Origin: Antedon mediterranea
Lineage: Eukaryota; Animalia; Echinodermata
Direction: 5' to 3'
Assembly: GCF_964355755.1 (NCBI RefSeq)
Contig: NC_092678.1
Span: 4,790,422 to 4,854,421, forward strand
DNA: 64,000 nt
How positions within the stretch are numbered: the first letter of the stretch is position 1; each line of letters opens with the position of its first letter. The position numbers and the translations under genes were made by a program. The notes under the pieces are model-generated. The model was given only the letters and a program-made list of their open reading frames with translations. It was not told the origin of the DNA and did not search any database. Shown one piece after another: positions 63,851-64,000 of this stretch.

Positions 63851-64000
63851 TGCTTTACGAGAGATACTCGGGATGCTATCTCTTACTGCGGCGTCCACAA
63901 TATCTAAGAAGCCATCCCAGGATGAGTTCACGTCATCGTTCTCCATAAATGCACACTAGCGAGATTAAGTGGATAAGGTGTTCGCAATCACCCATTGAGT
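63851..64000 (-). mobile_element. Upstream continuation of the CR1/L2-like LINE ORF2
   Basis: ENDDVNSSWDGFLDIVDAAVRDSIPSISRKA joins in frame to RKHFSPWI at 60840 once the insertion is removed. Confidence 0.85.

Overview
AT-rich, repeat-saturated eukaryotic DNA, probably from an invertebrate animal (inferred from GT-AG introns, LINE/SINE/MITE content and scattered (TAGGCC)n tracts). No prokaryotic genes, CRISPR array or intact housekeeping gene. Main contents: (1) a triplicated, spliced, frameshifted tandem-OB-fold (RPA70-like) pseudogene at ~0.75-3.9 kb; (2) a ~14-kb array of a 77-bp satellite with higher-order structure plus a ~1.6-kb sister array, both apparently grown out of one exon of a duplicated minus-strand pseudogene; (3) a 5S-rRNA-headed SINE3-type element; (4) a ~6-kb inverted segmental duplication (35.0-41.3 kb vs 50.5-56.3 kb) whose arms act as filled/empty-site pairs for a MULE-like and a Helitron-like insertion; (5) about 12 copies of an 'LQTEALNF' exon, one an intact 278-codon Arg/Pro/Gln-rich terminal exon; (6) Ty3/Gypsy, RTE-group and CR1/L2-like relics with nested Harbinger, hAT and foldback MITEs. 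All calls were made by eye, no database search was run, and edges of degenerate features are approximate.
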